A DNA stretch of 64,000 bases from an uncultured Pseudomonadales bacterium (GTDB taxonomy: Bacteria; Patescibacteriota; Microgenomatia; UBA1400; Chazhemtobacteraceae), in the NCBI GenBank assembly GCA_964618725.1, contig CAZUBK010000002.1, positions 67,992 through 131,991 on the forward strand, written 5' to 3'. Positions within the stretch are counted from its first letter, which is position 1, and each line of letters opens with the position of its first letter. Positions 18,357 through 27,990 of the stretch are shown piece after piece. The position numbers and the translations under genes were made by a program. Below the pieces are notes generated by a model that worked only from the letters and a program-made list of their open reading frames with translations, made no database searches and was not told where the DNA came from.

Positions 18357-19255
18357 TAGTTTTGAGTATACCAACTAGTGACTAGATCAACCACTTCTCC
18401 TTCGCAATTGCGGCTGGTGATATTAAACCAATGGATATTGGTTTGCTTCTTGAACCAGGTCAGTTGTCGTTTGGCATATTGACGCTCATGGAGGGTCCAG
18501 AGATTGATTAGTTCTTCTTTTGTAATACTCCCGGAATAGTATTTATCGAGTTCTTGATAGCCTAAAGAAGTAGCTGGGGAGGCGGTTGGAGGTAGCTCGA
18601 AGGATTTAAGGTATTCAAGTTCTTTTTTAGGGTTTTGTTTAAGGCGGGCAAGGACGCGTTTTTTGATACGTTGCTCTAAGATTTCAATTGGGGCAGTGAG
18701 TCCGATTAAGAGAGAGTCAAACTTTTCCTGCTTTGGTGGTTTTCTTGGGGTAGAAGAAACGATTTCGATGGCACGAATGAGACGACGAGGATTGTTTTGA
18801 TCAGAATGGTTCATCGATTCAAACTTTTTGAAATCGGTCTTTTTGAGATAACTTTGAAGTTCTTCTACTGATAGCTGATCTAATTCTTGGCGGAGTTTAT
18901 GATTTGGGGGAGTAGGATGGAAGAAGTCCTCCAGAATGCTCTTGATGTAAAGGCCTGTTCCTCCGACAACGATTGGGTGCTTGCCCCTATTCTGAATTTG
19001 TTTGATGGTTTTTATTGCGAAATCTTGAAACAGGGCTACATTCCAGTCTTCATCAGGTTTAACTAGGTCATAACCATGAATCTTCAGGGGTGATCCCTGA
19101 GGGGGATAGTCTTTGCCGGTGGCGATATCTAGTCCTTTGTATACTTGACGGGAGTCGGCCGAGATTAGTTCGCCATTGAATCTCCTGGCGAGCTTAAGCG
19201 CAAGCTTGGTTTTACCGGTAGCGGTGGGACCGAGGACAAATAAGACTTGATTCAT
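18356..19255 (-). CDS. miaA: tRNA dimethylallyltransferase
   Basis: GPTATGKT, DSRQVY, VGGTGLY, YAKRQLTWF. Confidence 0.96.
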   Translation of the reverse strand: MNQVLFVLGPTATGKTKLALKLARRFNGELISADSRQVYKGLDIATGKDYPPQGSPLKIHGYDLVKPDEDWNVALFQDFAIKTIKQIQNRGKHPIVVGGTGLYIKSILEDFFHPTPPNHKLRQELDQLSVEELQSYLKKTDFKKFESMNHSDQNNPRRLIRAIEIVSSTPRKPPKQEKFDSLLIGLTAPIEILEQRIKKRVLARLKQNPKKELEYLKSFELPPTASPATSLGYQELDKYYSGSITKEELINLWTLHERQYAKRQLTWFKKQTNIHWFNITSRNCEGEVVDLVTSWYTQN

Positions 19256-19333
19256 GGCTGCATTTTACCCTAGATTTGACTTATTGGCCCAACTTTGGTA
19301 TTATGGGTTATCTTTGACAACGTGGAGGATAAT

Positions 19334-19615
19334 TTGTTCCCTAAACAACCGAATGACCTTAAGGCACTTGACTGGTTTCCACTTATCTTGGCAATCTGGT
19401 TCATGTTGGCTTGCTTGGCCTATCTTCCTTTATTTCTTTTGGACTCGAGTCAGGAGGCCACGAAATACGCACTGTGGGGAATGGTGATGTTCGGTGGAGT
19501 TTGGATGTATACAAGAGTCCATTGTACAACCAGTTTTCACTTTATGTTCAATCTATTCTCAATGGGTGGATTCTTGGCTGGCGGATTATTATTGTTAGTG
19601 CGTTTCTTGAGTTAG
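19334..19615 (+). CDS. orphan 3-TM membrane protein (TTG start)
   Basis: TTGACT-17-TATTAT promoter at 19276, GGAGG SD, terminator 19621-19644. Confidence 0.7.
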   Translation: MFPKQPNDLKALDWFPLILAIWFMLACLAYLPLFLLDSSQEATKYALWGMVMFGGVWMYTRVHCTTSFHFMFNLFSMGGFLAGGLLLLVRFLS

Positions 19616-19620
19616 AAGTT

Positions 19621-19644
19621 GGCGGGCCTGTTGGCCCGCCTTTT
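19621..19644. terminator. intrinsic terminator
   Basis: ggcgggcc tgtt ggcccgcc tttt. Confidence 0.85.
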
Positions 19645-20803
19645 ATTTTATCTTCGGTCTCTCGTGGAGGTGTTTTCGGTTAATTAGATCTTCAAGGACT
19701 TGCCAGCGGCGTTTCTTTTCTTGAGGAGAGATCTCGTCTTTGTACATCCGCCAAGCGCCGGTACCAGGACGAGGAGAGTATTGAGCGACAAAGGCGACAT
19801 GCCAGTTGGCTTTTTTGGCTAAGTCAACAGTCTCTTGGAAGTCTGCTTCTGTTTCGCCAGGGAAACCGACAATAACGTCGGTGCCAATGACGGCGTCGGA
19901 GATCTTGCTTCTGATTTTCTCGATGAGATTAAGATAGCTTTTGGCGGTGTAGCCACGGTTCATGAGATATAAGACTTTATCGGAGCCGGACTGGACGGGA
20001 AGGTGAATGAAGCGGTCGATCTTCTTGTTGACGGCAATTTCGTCGATTAACTCATCCCAGAAGTCCCAGGGATTACTGGTCATGAAACGAATTGTTTTGA
20101 TGGCATCAATCTTAGATATCTCTTGGAGTAGCTCGACAAATGGGGGAGTACTTTGCGGCTTAAAGTATTGCGACTCGTTGCTGGGGATATTTTTGATGCT
20201 GAAATTCTCTTTACTCATGAGGAGTTTGCGGTAACCGATACCGGCTTTCTCAAGGCCCCAAGAATTAACATTTTGACCAAGAAGAGTGACCTCGGAATAT
20301 CCCTGATCAGCGAGCTTGTTTACCTCGATGAGGATTTCTTCTTTAGAGCGACTGATTTCTCGACCACGGGAATAGGGGACGATGCAGAAAGTACAGAAAG
20401 AGTTGCAACCAGAAGAGATAGGGACCCAAGCATGGATTTTGTCTTTTCGAATAACGGCTTGATTGAAGCCGACTTCATTGATGGGGAGGATTTCGTCAAT
20501 TTGAGGAAGGAGATTGTAGAGCTTTTTGGCGCCGTGGTGGGTCATACAGCCAGTAAGGATGATTTTGGGTTTTACAAGGTTCGTAACCTTGTAAAATTTT
20601 TCGATATTGATGAGGAGACCTTTGACGCGATCTTCGGCACGCTGCCTGATAGCGCAGGTATTGACGACGATTTCATCGGCCACCTTCCAGGATTTGGCTT
20701 GCTTGTACCCTCGGGCGGCATAGTCTCCGGCAATACGCTCAGAGTCGGATTTGTTGGCTTGGCAGCCAAAAGTAATGACAAAATATGTTTTTTGTTTTTG
20801 CAT
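19643..20803 (-). CDS. miaB: MiaB-type radical SAM methylthiotransferase lacking the TRAM domain
   Basis: TFGCQAN, NTCAIR, CNSFCTFC, LPVQSGS, GFPGET. Confidence 0.9.
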   Translation of the reverse strand: MQKQKTYFVITFGCQANKSDSERIAGDYAARGYKQAKSWKVADEIVVNTCAIRQRAEDRVKGLLINIEKFYKVTNLVKPKIILTGCMTHHGAKKLYNLLPQIDEILPINEVGFNQAVIRKDKIHAWVPISSGCNSFCTFCIVPYSRGREISRSKEEILIEVNKLADQGYSEVTLLGQNVNSWGLEKAGIGYRKLLMSKENFSIKNIPSNESQYFKPQSTPPFVELLQEISKIDAIKTIRFMTSNPWDFWDELIDEIAVNKKIDRFIHLPVQSGSDKVLYLMNRGYTAKSYLNLIEKIRSKISDAVIGTDVIVGFPGETEADFQETVDLAKKANWHVAFVAQYSPRPGTGAWRMYKDEISPQEKKRRWQVLEDLINRKHLHERPKIK

Positions 20804-20845
20804 CGCTGTATTTTAGCACCCTAGGGTGTAATGGGAGATTTGGGA

Positions 20846-21727
20846 TTAGACCTTTAACCCCTGCTTGATTAGTTCATCCACTACTCCTTGCCAGGAGCGA
20901 AACTTCATGCCTAGTCTTTCTTCAGTTTGGGTCGTCGAGAGTCCCCCTTTGACGGGATAACGGTAAGGGTTATCTTGCTTGGCTAAAAAAGGCTTGATGA
21001 GACTACTTTGGACCGAATCAGAGTCTTCACCAAGGCGCTCAAGAGCGTAGGTGACTAATTCATAGGGAGAGAAAGTATCAGAGGAGACGTGAAAGATCCC
21101 GGTGTGACCGTGGTCAATGATGAGATGAAGAGCGGCGGCCAATTCGTCGATGAAAGTAAAAGAAACTTGCTGATCTTCAAAAAGAGGGTAGAGTTTGCCT
21201 GCCGAGAAAAGAGATAGGGGGAGGCGAAGGTAATCCAGTTTGTCATTGAAGCGAGAACGAACGGGATAGATAATACGGACCACAGTCTGATTGGCACCAA
21301 GGACTAATTCTTCGGCTTGACTCTTGGTCCAACCGTACCAAGTGAGAACATCGGGAGAGTCTGGGCGGGAGTAGTTCTCTGGGTAGGGGCCTGGATCGTG
21401 GGTCGAGCCAGAAAAGACCATGTCGGTGGATGCCTGAATAAAAGGAATATTGGTTGAGAGAAGATTACTGACCCCAACGACATTGATCTGCCAACACAAG
21501 CCCTTTTCATCACCGGTTTGATTCTCGGCGGCAGTGACGTCGGTGTAGGCGGCGAAGTTGAGAATGAGAGATGGTTGATGCCTTTTGAAATATTCTTTGA
21601 CTGAGCTATTATCGGCAATGCTCAACTCTTTACTGTTAGGAGACAAAAGGAGATAGTCGGGACTTAACTCGACAAAACGTGAGCCGACTAGACCCGATGC
21701 TCCGGTTACTAGTATTTCTTTTTTCAT
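20846..21727 (-). CDS. rfbD: dTDP-4-dehydrorhamnose reductase-like SDR; likely start MKKEIL
   Basis: GASGLVG, AAYTDV, STDMVF, YGWTK; ATGA overlap with rfbB. Confidence 0.85.
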   Translation of the reverse strand: MKKEILVTGASGLVGSRFVELSPDYLLLSPNSKELSIADNSSVKEYFKRHQPSLILNFAAYTDVTAAENQTGDEKGLCWQINVVGVSNLLSTNIPFIQASTDMVFSGSTHDPGPYPENYSRPDSPDVLTWYGWTKSQAEELVLGANQTVVRIIYPVRSRFNDKLDYLRLPLSLFSAGKLYPLFEDQQVSFTFIDELAAALHLIIDHGHTGIFHVSSDTFSPYELVTYALERLGEDSDSVQSSLIKPFLAKQDNPYRYPVKGGLSTTQTEERLGMKFRSWQGVVDELIKQGLKV

Positions 21728-22710
21728 TGGTGGTAGATGGATTCGGCGCGCTTCTTGAGGGGGCGCCACCACCATTGATTCTCTTGATACCACTGAATGG
21801 TTTGAGATAGATAGGTATCGAGGTCATGCTTGGGCTGCCAGCCGAGGCTCTCTATTTTGCTCCAGTCAATGGCGTAGCGGCGATCATGACCAGGGCGGTC
21901 TTTGACGTATTCAATTGAACCTTCATCTTGACCCATTAAGGCAATGATTTTTTTGGTAAGTTGTAGATTGTTGATCTCCTCAGTCAGACCACCGACACAG
22001 TATGTTTCGCCAATCTTGCCTTGTTGGAGAACGAGATCAATGGCAGAGCAGTGATCCTCAACATAGAGCCAATCGCGGACGTACTTTCCGTCACCGTAAA
22101 CGGGGACTTTTTGTCCGTCAATGAGGTTAGTGATGAAACGGGGGATAAGTTTCTCTGGATCGTGATAGGGGCCGTAGTTGTTGGCACAATTGGTGATGGT
22201 AATGGGAAGGCTATAGGTGTCGAAGTAGGCGCGAACGAGATGGTCGGAGCCAGCTTTGGAAGCGGAGTAGGGGCTATGTGGGTCATAACGAGTGGTCTCA
22301 GTAAACTTCTTCTTAGAATCAAGAGGAAGGGCGCCGTAAACCTCATCGGTCGACACATGATGAAAGCGTTTGATTTTGTGTGTCAGAGCCGCATCGAGAA
22401 GAACTTGGGTACCCAAGACATTTGTCTTGACAAATAGGGAGGGGTCTTTAATTGAGCGGTCGACGTGGCTTTCGGCGGCAAAGTGGACGACAACATCAAT
22501 ATCACGTATCGCTTTATCAACGGCTTCTGAGTCGCAAATGTCAGCTTTGATAAAGGTGAACTTATCTATGACATCCTTAAGTGACTCAAGGTGCCCGGCA
22601 TAGGTCAGCTTGTCGAAAATGAATAAAGTGTCGCTTGGATATTTCTTAGCCCAGTAGTGGACGAAGTTACTGCCTATGAACCCGGCACCGCCGGTAATGA
22701 GTAGCTTCAT
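21724..22710 (-). CDS. rfbB: dTDP-glucose 4,6-dehydratase
   Basis: GGAGFIGSNF, AESHVDRSI, STDEVYG, YSASKA, DRPGHD. Confidence 0.96.
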   Translation of the reverse strand: MKLLITGGAGFIGSNFVHYWAKKYPSDTLFIFDKLTYAGHLESLKDVIDKFTFIKADICDSEAVDKAIRDIDVVVHFAAESHVDRSIKDPSLFVKTNVLGTQVLLDAALTHKIKRFHHVSTDEVYGALPLDSKKKFTETTRYDPHSPYSASKAGSDHLVRAYFDTYSLPITITNCANNYGPYHDPEKLIPRFITNLIDGQKVPVYGDGKYVRDWLYVEDHCSAIDLVLQQGKIGETYCVGGLTEEINNLQLTKKIIALMGQDEGSIEYVKDRPGHDRRYAIDWSKIESLGWQPKHDLDTYLSQTIQWYQENQWWWRPLKKRAESIYHQ

Positions 22711-22758
22711 TGGTCTGTCTATCGTACCACAAAGGAAGAAGGTGGGCAGGTGGAGTGA

Positions 22759-23034
22759 TTACCAGACCTTTTTCTTGAGGGGTTTACCGACTCGGAAATT
22801 GATGACGCGATGGCCACGGACGGTTTGGCGTTTGATCTCGTTGCCGAAGGGAACGACTTGTTTGTCGGCAACCTTGCTAACGTAGAAGGTACCGAATCCG
22901 GAGAGAACAACCTTATCACCCTTGGCGAGAGACTTGATCATCTCATCGAGAAGAGCTTCGACGGCTTCGTTGGCGGCTTTTTTGGTTAAGTGGGCTTTCT
23001 TGGCGACAATGGATATAATTTCGTGCTTGGTCAT
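22759..23034 (-). CDS. hup: HU-family DNA-binding protein
   Basis: MTKHEII..GDKVVLSGFGTF..F.VGKPLK; SD GAAAGGAGGTGA. Confidence 0.93.
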   Translation of the reverse strand: MTKHEIISIVAKKAHLTKKAANEAVEALLDEMIKSLAKGDKVVLSGFGTFYVSKVADKQVVPFGNEIKRQTVRGHRVINFRVGKPLKKKVW

Positions 23035-23132
23035 TTGTGATTCACCTCCTTTCGATCTAATTGTGGGGCAGTTCCCACAATATACATTGGTGCATCAGGT
23101 AGATCAAGAGGCGTTTGGAGAAATTTCCATTT

Positions 23133-23360
23133 TTAAAGGTCTGATGCCAACAACAAAAGGGAGCGCAATAGCCCAATGAGCGAACCTAATCCGAAGGCTG
23201 CACTAATATACATCAGGGAAATTGCGTATATTTTTACTTTTCTTCCGGTTAAGGTAAATCCTGGCCTACGACTCACATAAACTTTTTTAAGTTTGTACGT
23301 CAAGATACTGGAATAAAATATCAGAGCTGACACCCCGAAGACCAAGAGATCTAAGAGCAT
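23133..23360 (-). CDS. small two-TM hypothetical protein
   Basis: 75 aa, two hydrophobic segments, TAGTAT 6 nt before ATG. Confidence 0.65.
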   Translation of the reverse strand: MLLDLLVFGVSALIFYSSILTYKLKKVYVSRRPGFTLTGRKVKIYAISLMYISAAFGLGSLIGLLRSLLLLASDL

Positions 23361-23376
23361 ATGGTGATACTAGCAT

Positions 23377-24915
23377 TTATTTCGCAATATCTGATGCTCT
23401 CAGCTCACGGATGACGGTGACCTTGACAGTACCAGGATAGGTCATGGTTTCTTGAACTTCGGTTTTTATGTCTGAAGCTAATTTAACCATTTGCGCATCA
23501 GAGACTTTTTCTGGTCTGACGATGACTCGCACCTCGCGGCCAGCCTGAATGGCATAGGCCTCCTCAACACCTTCGTGTTTCTTGGCAATGTCTTCGAGTT
23601 TGGTCAGTCGCTCGACATATTCTTCAATATTCTCGTAGCGGGCACCCGGACGGGAACCGGAGATGGCGTCGGCGATATAGACGATGACGGATTCGATTGA
23701 AGTGAATTCCTCATCTTCATGGTGCTGAGCAACGGCGTCGATGGCGGCTTTGGGAACATTGTATTTCTTGAGGAGTTTGACTCCGAGTTCGACGTGAGAG
23801 CCTTCTTCTTCGGTGACAATTTTGCCGATATCGTGAAGTAGGCAGCCGATCTTAACAATGCGGACGTCGGCGCCGACTTCGGCAGCCAGTTTCATGCCGA
23901 TTCTAGTTTCTTCTAGAGTGTGGGCAATCATATTCTGGCCATAGGAAGTGCGGTATTTGAAACGACCGAGCATGGCGACGAGATCTTTGGGTAGATCAAA
24001 AACGCCAACGGCGTGACAGAGTCTTTCGCCTTCCTGATACATAATGCGTTCGATGTCTTTTCTAGACTTGTCGACAAATTCTTCGATATGAGTAGGATGG
24101 ATGCGGCCATCGCGAATGAGGCGTTCTAGGGCGACCCGGGCGATCTCGCGTCTAACGGAGTCAAAGGAAGAAAGTTTGATAACGTTGGGTTCATCTAGAA
24201 TAACGTCAATTCCGGTGACTTTCTCGAAGGTGCGGATGTTGCGACCTTCCTTGCCGATGATTTTGCCTTTAGTTTCTTCGTCGGGAACTTTGATCGTAGT
24301 GACGGTAAATTCGGGAACATAATCAGTCGCCCCGGCGAACATGGAGTCGACGAGGATCTCTTTAGCGACAACTTCTGCCTGTTCGCGAGCTTTCTCTTCG
24401 GCTGATTTTATAATCTTGGCAATCTCAACTAGACTTCTCTCCTCGACTTTTTTGAGAAGAACTTCTTTGGCTTCGCTTTTGGTCATACCAGAGACGTCTT
24501 CGAGAGCGACGGTTTGATCTAGACGTAACTTCTCGGTGGCTTCGAGCTTCTTCTCGATAGCGTCAAGCTGCTGCTTGGTAAGACGATCACGTTCTTCAAG
24601 ACGAGCCTCACGATTACTCAGCTCTTGTTGTTTACGGAGAAGATCCTGACGCTTGAGATCCAGTTCTCGTTCGCGGGCATGGGTGTCGAGACGATTCTGT
24701 TCTTTAAGCTTAAAGGCTTCGTCTTTGGCTTCGAGAATGATTTCGCGAGCCTTACTTTGGGCCTGTTGAATAATTTGGTCTAATTCAACGGACTTGATCT
24801 CTTTGACGATTGACTTTGGTGCTTCCGTAATCTTTGGGGCGACCTTAACTGGTGTGACTGGCTTAATTGATGTTGAAGAAGTAGTGGATTTTGAAAAAAT
24901 ACTAAAAATGCTCAT
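23377..24915 (-). CDS. rny: ribonuclease Y
   Basis: Coiled coil, KH GKIIGKEGRNIR, HD LLHDIGK, ADAISGSRPGAR. Confidence 0.96.
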   Translation of the reverse strand: MSIFSIFSKSTTSSTSIKPVTPVKVAPKITEAPKSIVKEIKSVELDQIIQQAQSKAREIILEAKDEAFKLKEQNRLDTHARERELDLKRQDLLRKQQELSNREARLEERDRLTKQQLDAIEKKLEATEKLRLDQTVALEDVSGMTKSEAKEVLLKKVEERSLVEIAKIIKSAEEKAREQAEVVAKEILVDSMFAGATDYVPEFTVTTIKVPDEETKGKIIGKEGRNIRTFEKVTGIDVILDEPNVIKLSSFDSVRREIARVALERLIRDGRIHPTHIEEFVDKSRKDIERIMYQEGERLCHAVGVFDLPKDLVAMLGRFKYRTSYGQNMIAHTLEETRIGMKLAAEVGADVRIVKIGCLLHDIGKIVTEEEGSHVELGVKLLKKYNVPKAAIDAVAQHHEDEEFTSIESVIVYIADAISGSRPGARYENIEEYVERLTKLEDIAKKHEGVEEAYAIQAGREVRVIVRPEKVSDAQMVKLASDIKTEVQETMTYPGTVKVTVIRELRASDIAK

Positions 24916-25090
24916 ATGTTTTTGGTCGCATTAATGCGACAATTACTTATTGATATGGCTTAAATGAGATTTTTGAGGGTCAGGAAAACACCAGTTTATC
25001 TGGCTTTGGAGGGGAGGAGTGAGTTTAGGTTGACGCGAAGATTCATGTTTATATAATTACCCTGATTGATCTTATTTAAGTGCCCTTATT

Positions 25091-25549
25091 TTACTTTTTT
25101 TTACGCCTTTCGTCAATTGCTGAAGAAATGGCCTGGCTACCGAAGCCTTTTCTCATTAGAGCAGGGTAGGCTTTTTTCCGGAATTCGAGGAAGGGTAAAG
25201 AGATGGGGAACTTCTTGTCAAGAAAACTGCGGGCGAGATTAAGCTGCGAGTCGACATCAAGGGTCTTTTTAAGAACTTGGTTGATGATATTGGGAGCGAT
25301 ACCACGGCGGCCAAGTTCGTACTTTAGGAGGGCGGGACCAAGGTGTCGAGAGAGGCGCGAATTGACAAAGCTTTTGGCAAATTCAGTATCGTTGAGATAG
25401 CCTTTTTCTGTCAGGTATGTAATAACTTGGGTTATTGAATTGTCGTCGTTGGTTTTTCTAGAGAGTTTGGTTTTGAGTTCTTGAATGGAGTGAGAACGGA
25501 TCGCCAAAATACGGAAAGAGGAAGAAAGAAGTCTTTGGTATTGCTCCAT
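25091..25549 (-). CDS. recX: RecX regulator
   Basis: GYLNDTEFA, L.RKGF; downstream of recA. Confidence 0.9.
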   Translation of the reverse strand: MEQYQRLLSSSFRILAIRSHSIQELKTKLSRKTNDDNSITQVITYLTEKGYLNDTEFAKSFVNSRLSRHLGPALLKYELGRRGIAPNIINQVLKKTLDVDSQLNLARSFLDKKFPISLPFLEFRKKAYPALMRKGFGSQAISSAIDERRKKK

Positions 25550-25557
25550 ACTTAATA

Positions 25558-26658
25558 TTACTCCGCCACCAGGTCATCATCTTCAGAGCTGCCACCAATA
25601 CTAATCTCATCGGTGGACTTGCCTTTGTTCATGACTTCCTTTTCGATTGCTTCCAGGAGCTTATGGTCCTCTTGTAGGGCTATCTTGGCAGCTTCCCTCC
25701 CCTGAGCAATGACTGTCCCCTGATACTTAAGGAAAGCACCGGCCTTTTCGACGACGTTTTGTTCGATGGCGACGTCCAGAATATTACCCTCTCGGCTAAT
25801 GCCACCGACATTCATGATGTCAAACTCGGCAACACGGAAGGGCGGAGCAACTTTGTTCTTGACGATCTTGGCCCGGTGACGACTACCGACGATGATATCG
25901 CCGTCCTGGATGTTACCGATTTTACGCATATCGATGCGAACGGAAGCGTAGAACTTGAGCGCCCGACCGCCGGGGGTAGTCTCAGGGTTACCGAACATGA
26001 CGCCGATCTTCTCGCGAAGTTGGTTGGTGAAAATGAGGATGGTTTTGCTTTTGCTGATAGCACCAGTGAGCTTTCTCATTGCCTGGCTCATGAGACGAGC
26101 TTGAAGCCCGATGATTGAGTCACCCATTTCGCCGTCAATTTCAGCTTTGGGGACTAAAGCGGCGACGGAATCGACGATGATCACGTCAACGGCACCGGAA
26201 CGGATAAGGGTGTCGGTGATTTCAAGGGCTTGTTCGCCGGTGTCGGGTTGGGAGAGGAGCAACTCGTCAAGATTGATGCCAATGGCTTTGGCTCTCTGTG
26301 GATCCAGGGCGTGTTCGGCGTCAATGAAGGCAGCGGTGCCGCCACGCTTTTGACTTTGCGCAATTACATGAAGGGCGAGAGTAGTCTTTCCGGAAGCCTC
26401 TGGGCCATAGATCTCGACGATACGACCGCGGGGAAAGCCACCGACACCAAGAGCGATATCAAGGGCGATGGCTCCGGTAGATATGACCTGGACTTCTTTA
26501 TTGGCAGCCGCGACACCTAAACGCATGATTGAGCCAACACCAAACTGTTTATCAATTTGCTGCATGGCAATCTTTAAGGCTTCAAGCTTCTGAGATTTAA
26601 GAGAGTCGGAATTAACGGATGGAGTATTAGTGGTGATGTTTTTCTTGGGTCTGGCCAT
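25558..26658 (-). CDS. recA: recombinase A
   Basis: [34 protein letters not shown]. Confidence 0.99.
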   Translation of the reverse strand: MARPKKNITTNTPSVNSDSLKSQKLEALKIAMQQIDKQFGVGSIMRLGVAAANKEVQVISTGAIALDIALGVGGFPRGRIVEIYGPEASGKTTLALHVIAQSQKRGGTAAFIDAEHALDPQRAKAIGINLDELLLSQPDTGEQALEITDTLIRSGAVDVIIVDSVAALVPKAEIDGEMGDSIIGLQARLMSQAMRKLTGAISKSKTILIFTNQLREKIGVMFGNPETTPGGRALKFYASVRIDMRKIGNIQDGDIIVGSRHRAKIVKNKVAPPFRVAEFDIMNVGGISREGNILDVAIEQNVVEKAGAFLKYQGTVIAQGREAAKIALQEDHKLLEAIEKEVMNKGKSTDEISIGGSSEDDDLVAE

Positions 26659-26783
26659 AGTTTAAATATTTGAATTGTTAATAGAAGTAGAAACATAGTA
26701 GCATATTTAGACTAAACCAAATAAAGTACGAAGGTGTCAAGTAGAGAAATTTAGTCTCAGAAATGATAGAATATGGGTGACTG

Positions 26784-26854
26784 CGGGGCATAGTATAACA
26801 GTAGTACGGGAGGCTGGGGGCCTTCTAGCCGGGGAGCATCACCTCGTGCCCCGA
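26784..26854 (+). tRNA. tRNA-Pro(GGG) with non-canonical D and T loops; CCA not encoded
   Basis: Acceptor cggggca/tgccccg + A73; anticodon stem ggagg/ccttc, loop ctGGGgg; T stem cgggg/cctcg; TAGAAT upstream. Confidence 0.85.
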
Positions 26855-26938
26855 AATATAGGTCTTATTGCAAGACCAGAAACAACGAAAGAACTTAATT
26901 TTCTTAGCCGGTAATAGGGAGTGGTAAAAGAACGAATA

Positions 26939-26960
26939 AAGCCCCCAATAATGGAGGCTT
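26939..26960. terminator. intrinsic terminator
   Basis: aagccccca ataa tggaggctt. Confidence 0.65.
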
Positions 26961-26970
26961 CAAAGGGGGA

Positions 26971-27381
26971 TCAAATCACATCTAGCGAAATGTCGTGGCT
27001 TTTTAGGAGGTGTGTCTTGATATCGTATGGGGAAGAGTATGTACTGCTTGGGTCAAAGACGTCGCGATAAAGCGCGTGTTTTTTACATTCATAGCAACCA
27101 AGTACGTAACTGAGTTCGTTAGGACAAGCGTAGACAAGTTTCTCGGCAATGAGTTTGCCGGTCACGGGATGGTGGAGAAACGGTTCCCACTGCTTGGAAA
27201 CTCGATACGGTTTGCCGCAACCCGGGCAGAAGCGATTGGGTAGATGATCGTCGCTAGTGGCGAGACGGGTAGTGAAATGATAGTTGCCATAGGTAAGATA
27301 ATAGAGAGCAAGAGAAAAGAGAACTAAGAAAAGAACTCCACCCAGGACAAGAATAATGGAAAGAGCGATGACAGGAAACAA
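26971..27381 (-). CDS. TM-anchored Zn-ribbon orphan (likely TTG start)
   Basis: AGGAGGT SD, TACAAT; CPGCG..W..TGKLIA..C. Confidence 0.75.
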   Translation of the reverse strand: MFPVIALSIILVLGGVLFLVLFSLALYYLTYGNYHFTTRLATSDDHLPNRFCPGCGKPYRVSKQWEPFLHHPVTGKLIAEKLVYACPNELSYVLGCYECKKHALYRDVFDPSSTYSSPYDIKTHLLKSHDISLDVI

Positions 27382-27425
27382 AATAAACCTCCTTGGTTTA
27401 GAATAAACGTATTGTACCAAAGAAA

Positions 27426-27447
27426 ACCCGAGATTGATATCTCGGGT
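27426..27447 (-). terminator. intrinsic terminator
   Basis: acccgagat tgat atctcgggt, T tail on minus strand. Confidence 0.8.
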
Positions 27448-27458
27448 GGAAGTATGGC

Positions 27459-27866
27459 TTAACCAAGATCATCTAAATTAAGCGAGTCAAGAAAATTGTC
27501 ATAAGGCGAATCAGGAGTAGATGATTCAGGCGGTGCTGGAGGGGGTAGGAGTAGGGGTGGGAGTACGGATGGTTCAGACGGTTTCGACTTCTCTCTGATT
27601 TCATTCAAGAGAAAAGCACGCGTCTGGCCGCCAACCGAGTAGCTAAGTTCGGATACTCCTTCTACAATCTCCATAACAATTTTGGGGTGAATACTGACGG
27701 TTGTGTCCGAGTCGAGCCACTGAATAATGCAATCAACAAAGGTGACAATTTGTTCAAGAACTATCTGCAAATATCGAAGTTTTTGGGGCGAGATAAAAAA
27801 ATCGTGATTGCGAATAGAGAACTGTACCGTGACATCGGCGACAGTGATCGTAATCTGCTCTTCCAT
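27459..27866 (-). CDS. orphan hypothetical protein with Pro-rich, acidic C-terminus
   Basis: AGGAG SD, TGcTATAAT, own terminator. Confidence 0.7.
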   Translation of the reverse strand: MEEQITITVADVTVQFSIRNHDFFISPQKLRYLQIVLEQIVTFVDCIIQWLDSDTTVSIHPKIVMEIVEGVSELSYSVGGQTRAFLLNEIREKSKPSEPSVLPPLLLPPPAPPESSTPDSPYDNFLDSLNLDDLG

Positions 27867-27990
27867 TTGACTTCTCCTGTTAAAGTTCGTATCCTGTAAT
27901 TATAGCATACTTGTATTAGGACGTAGGTTGTTGTTTGATCTTGTAGGATTTGATATAATGATGACATTGCACATTGTGAAAGGATCTGAC

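Noticed and set aside
17549-20824. Long alternative-frame ORFs (17549-18214, 20153-20824; likewise 38666-39349)
   Set aside because: Shadow frames of well-conserved genes, explained by codon bias.
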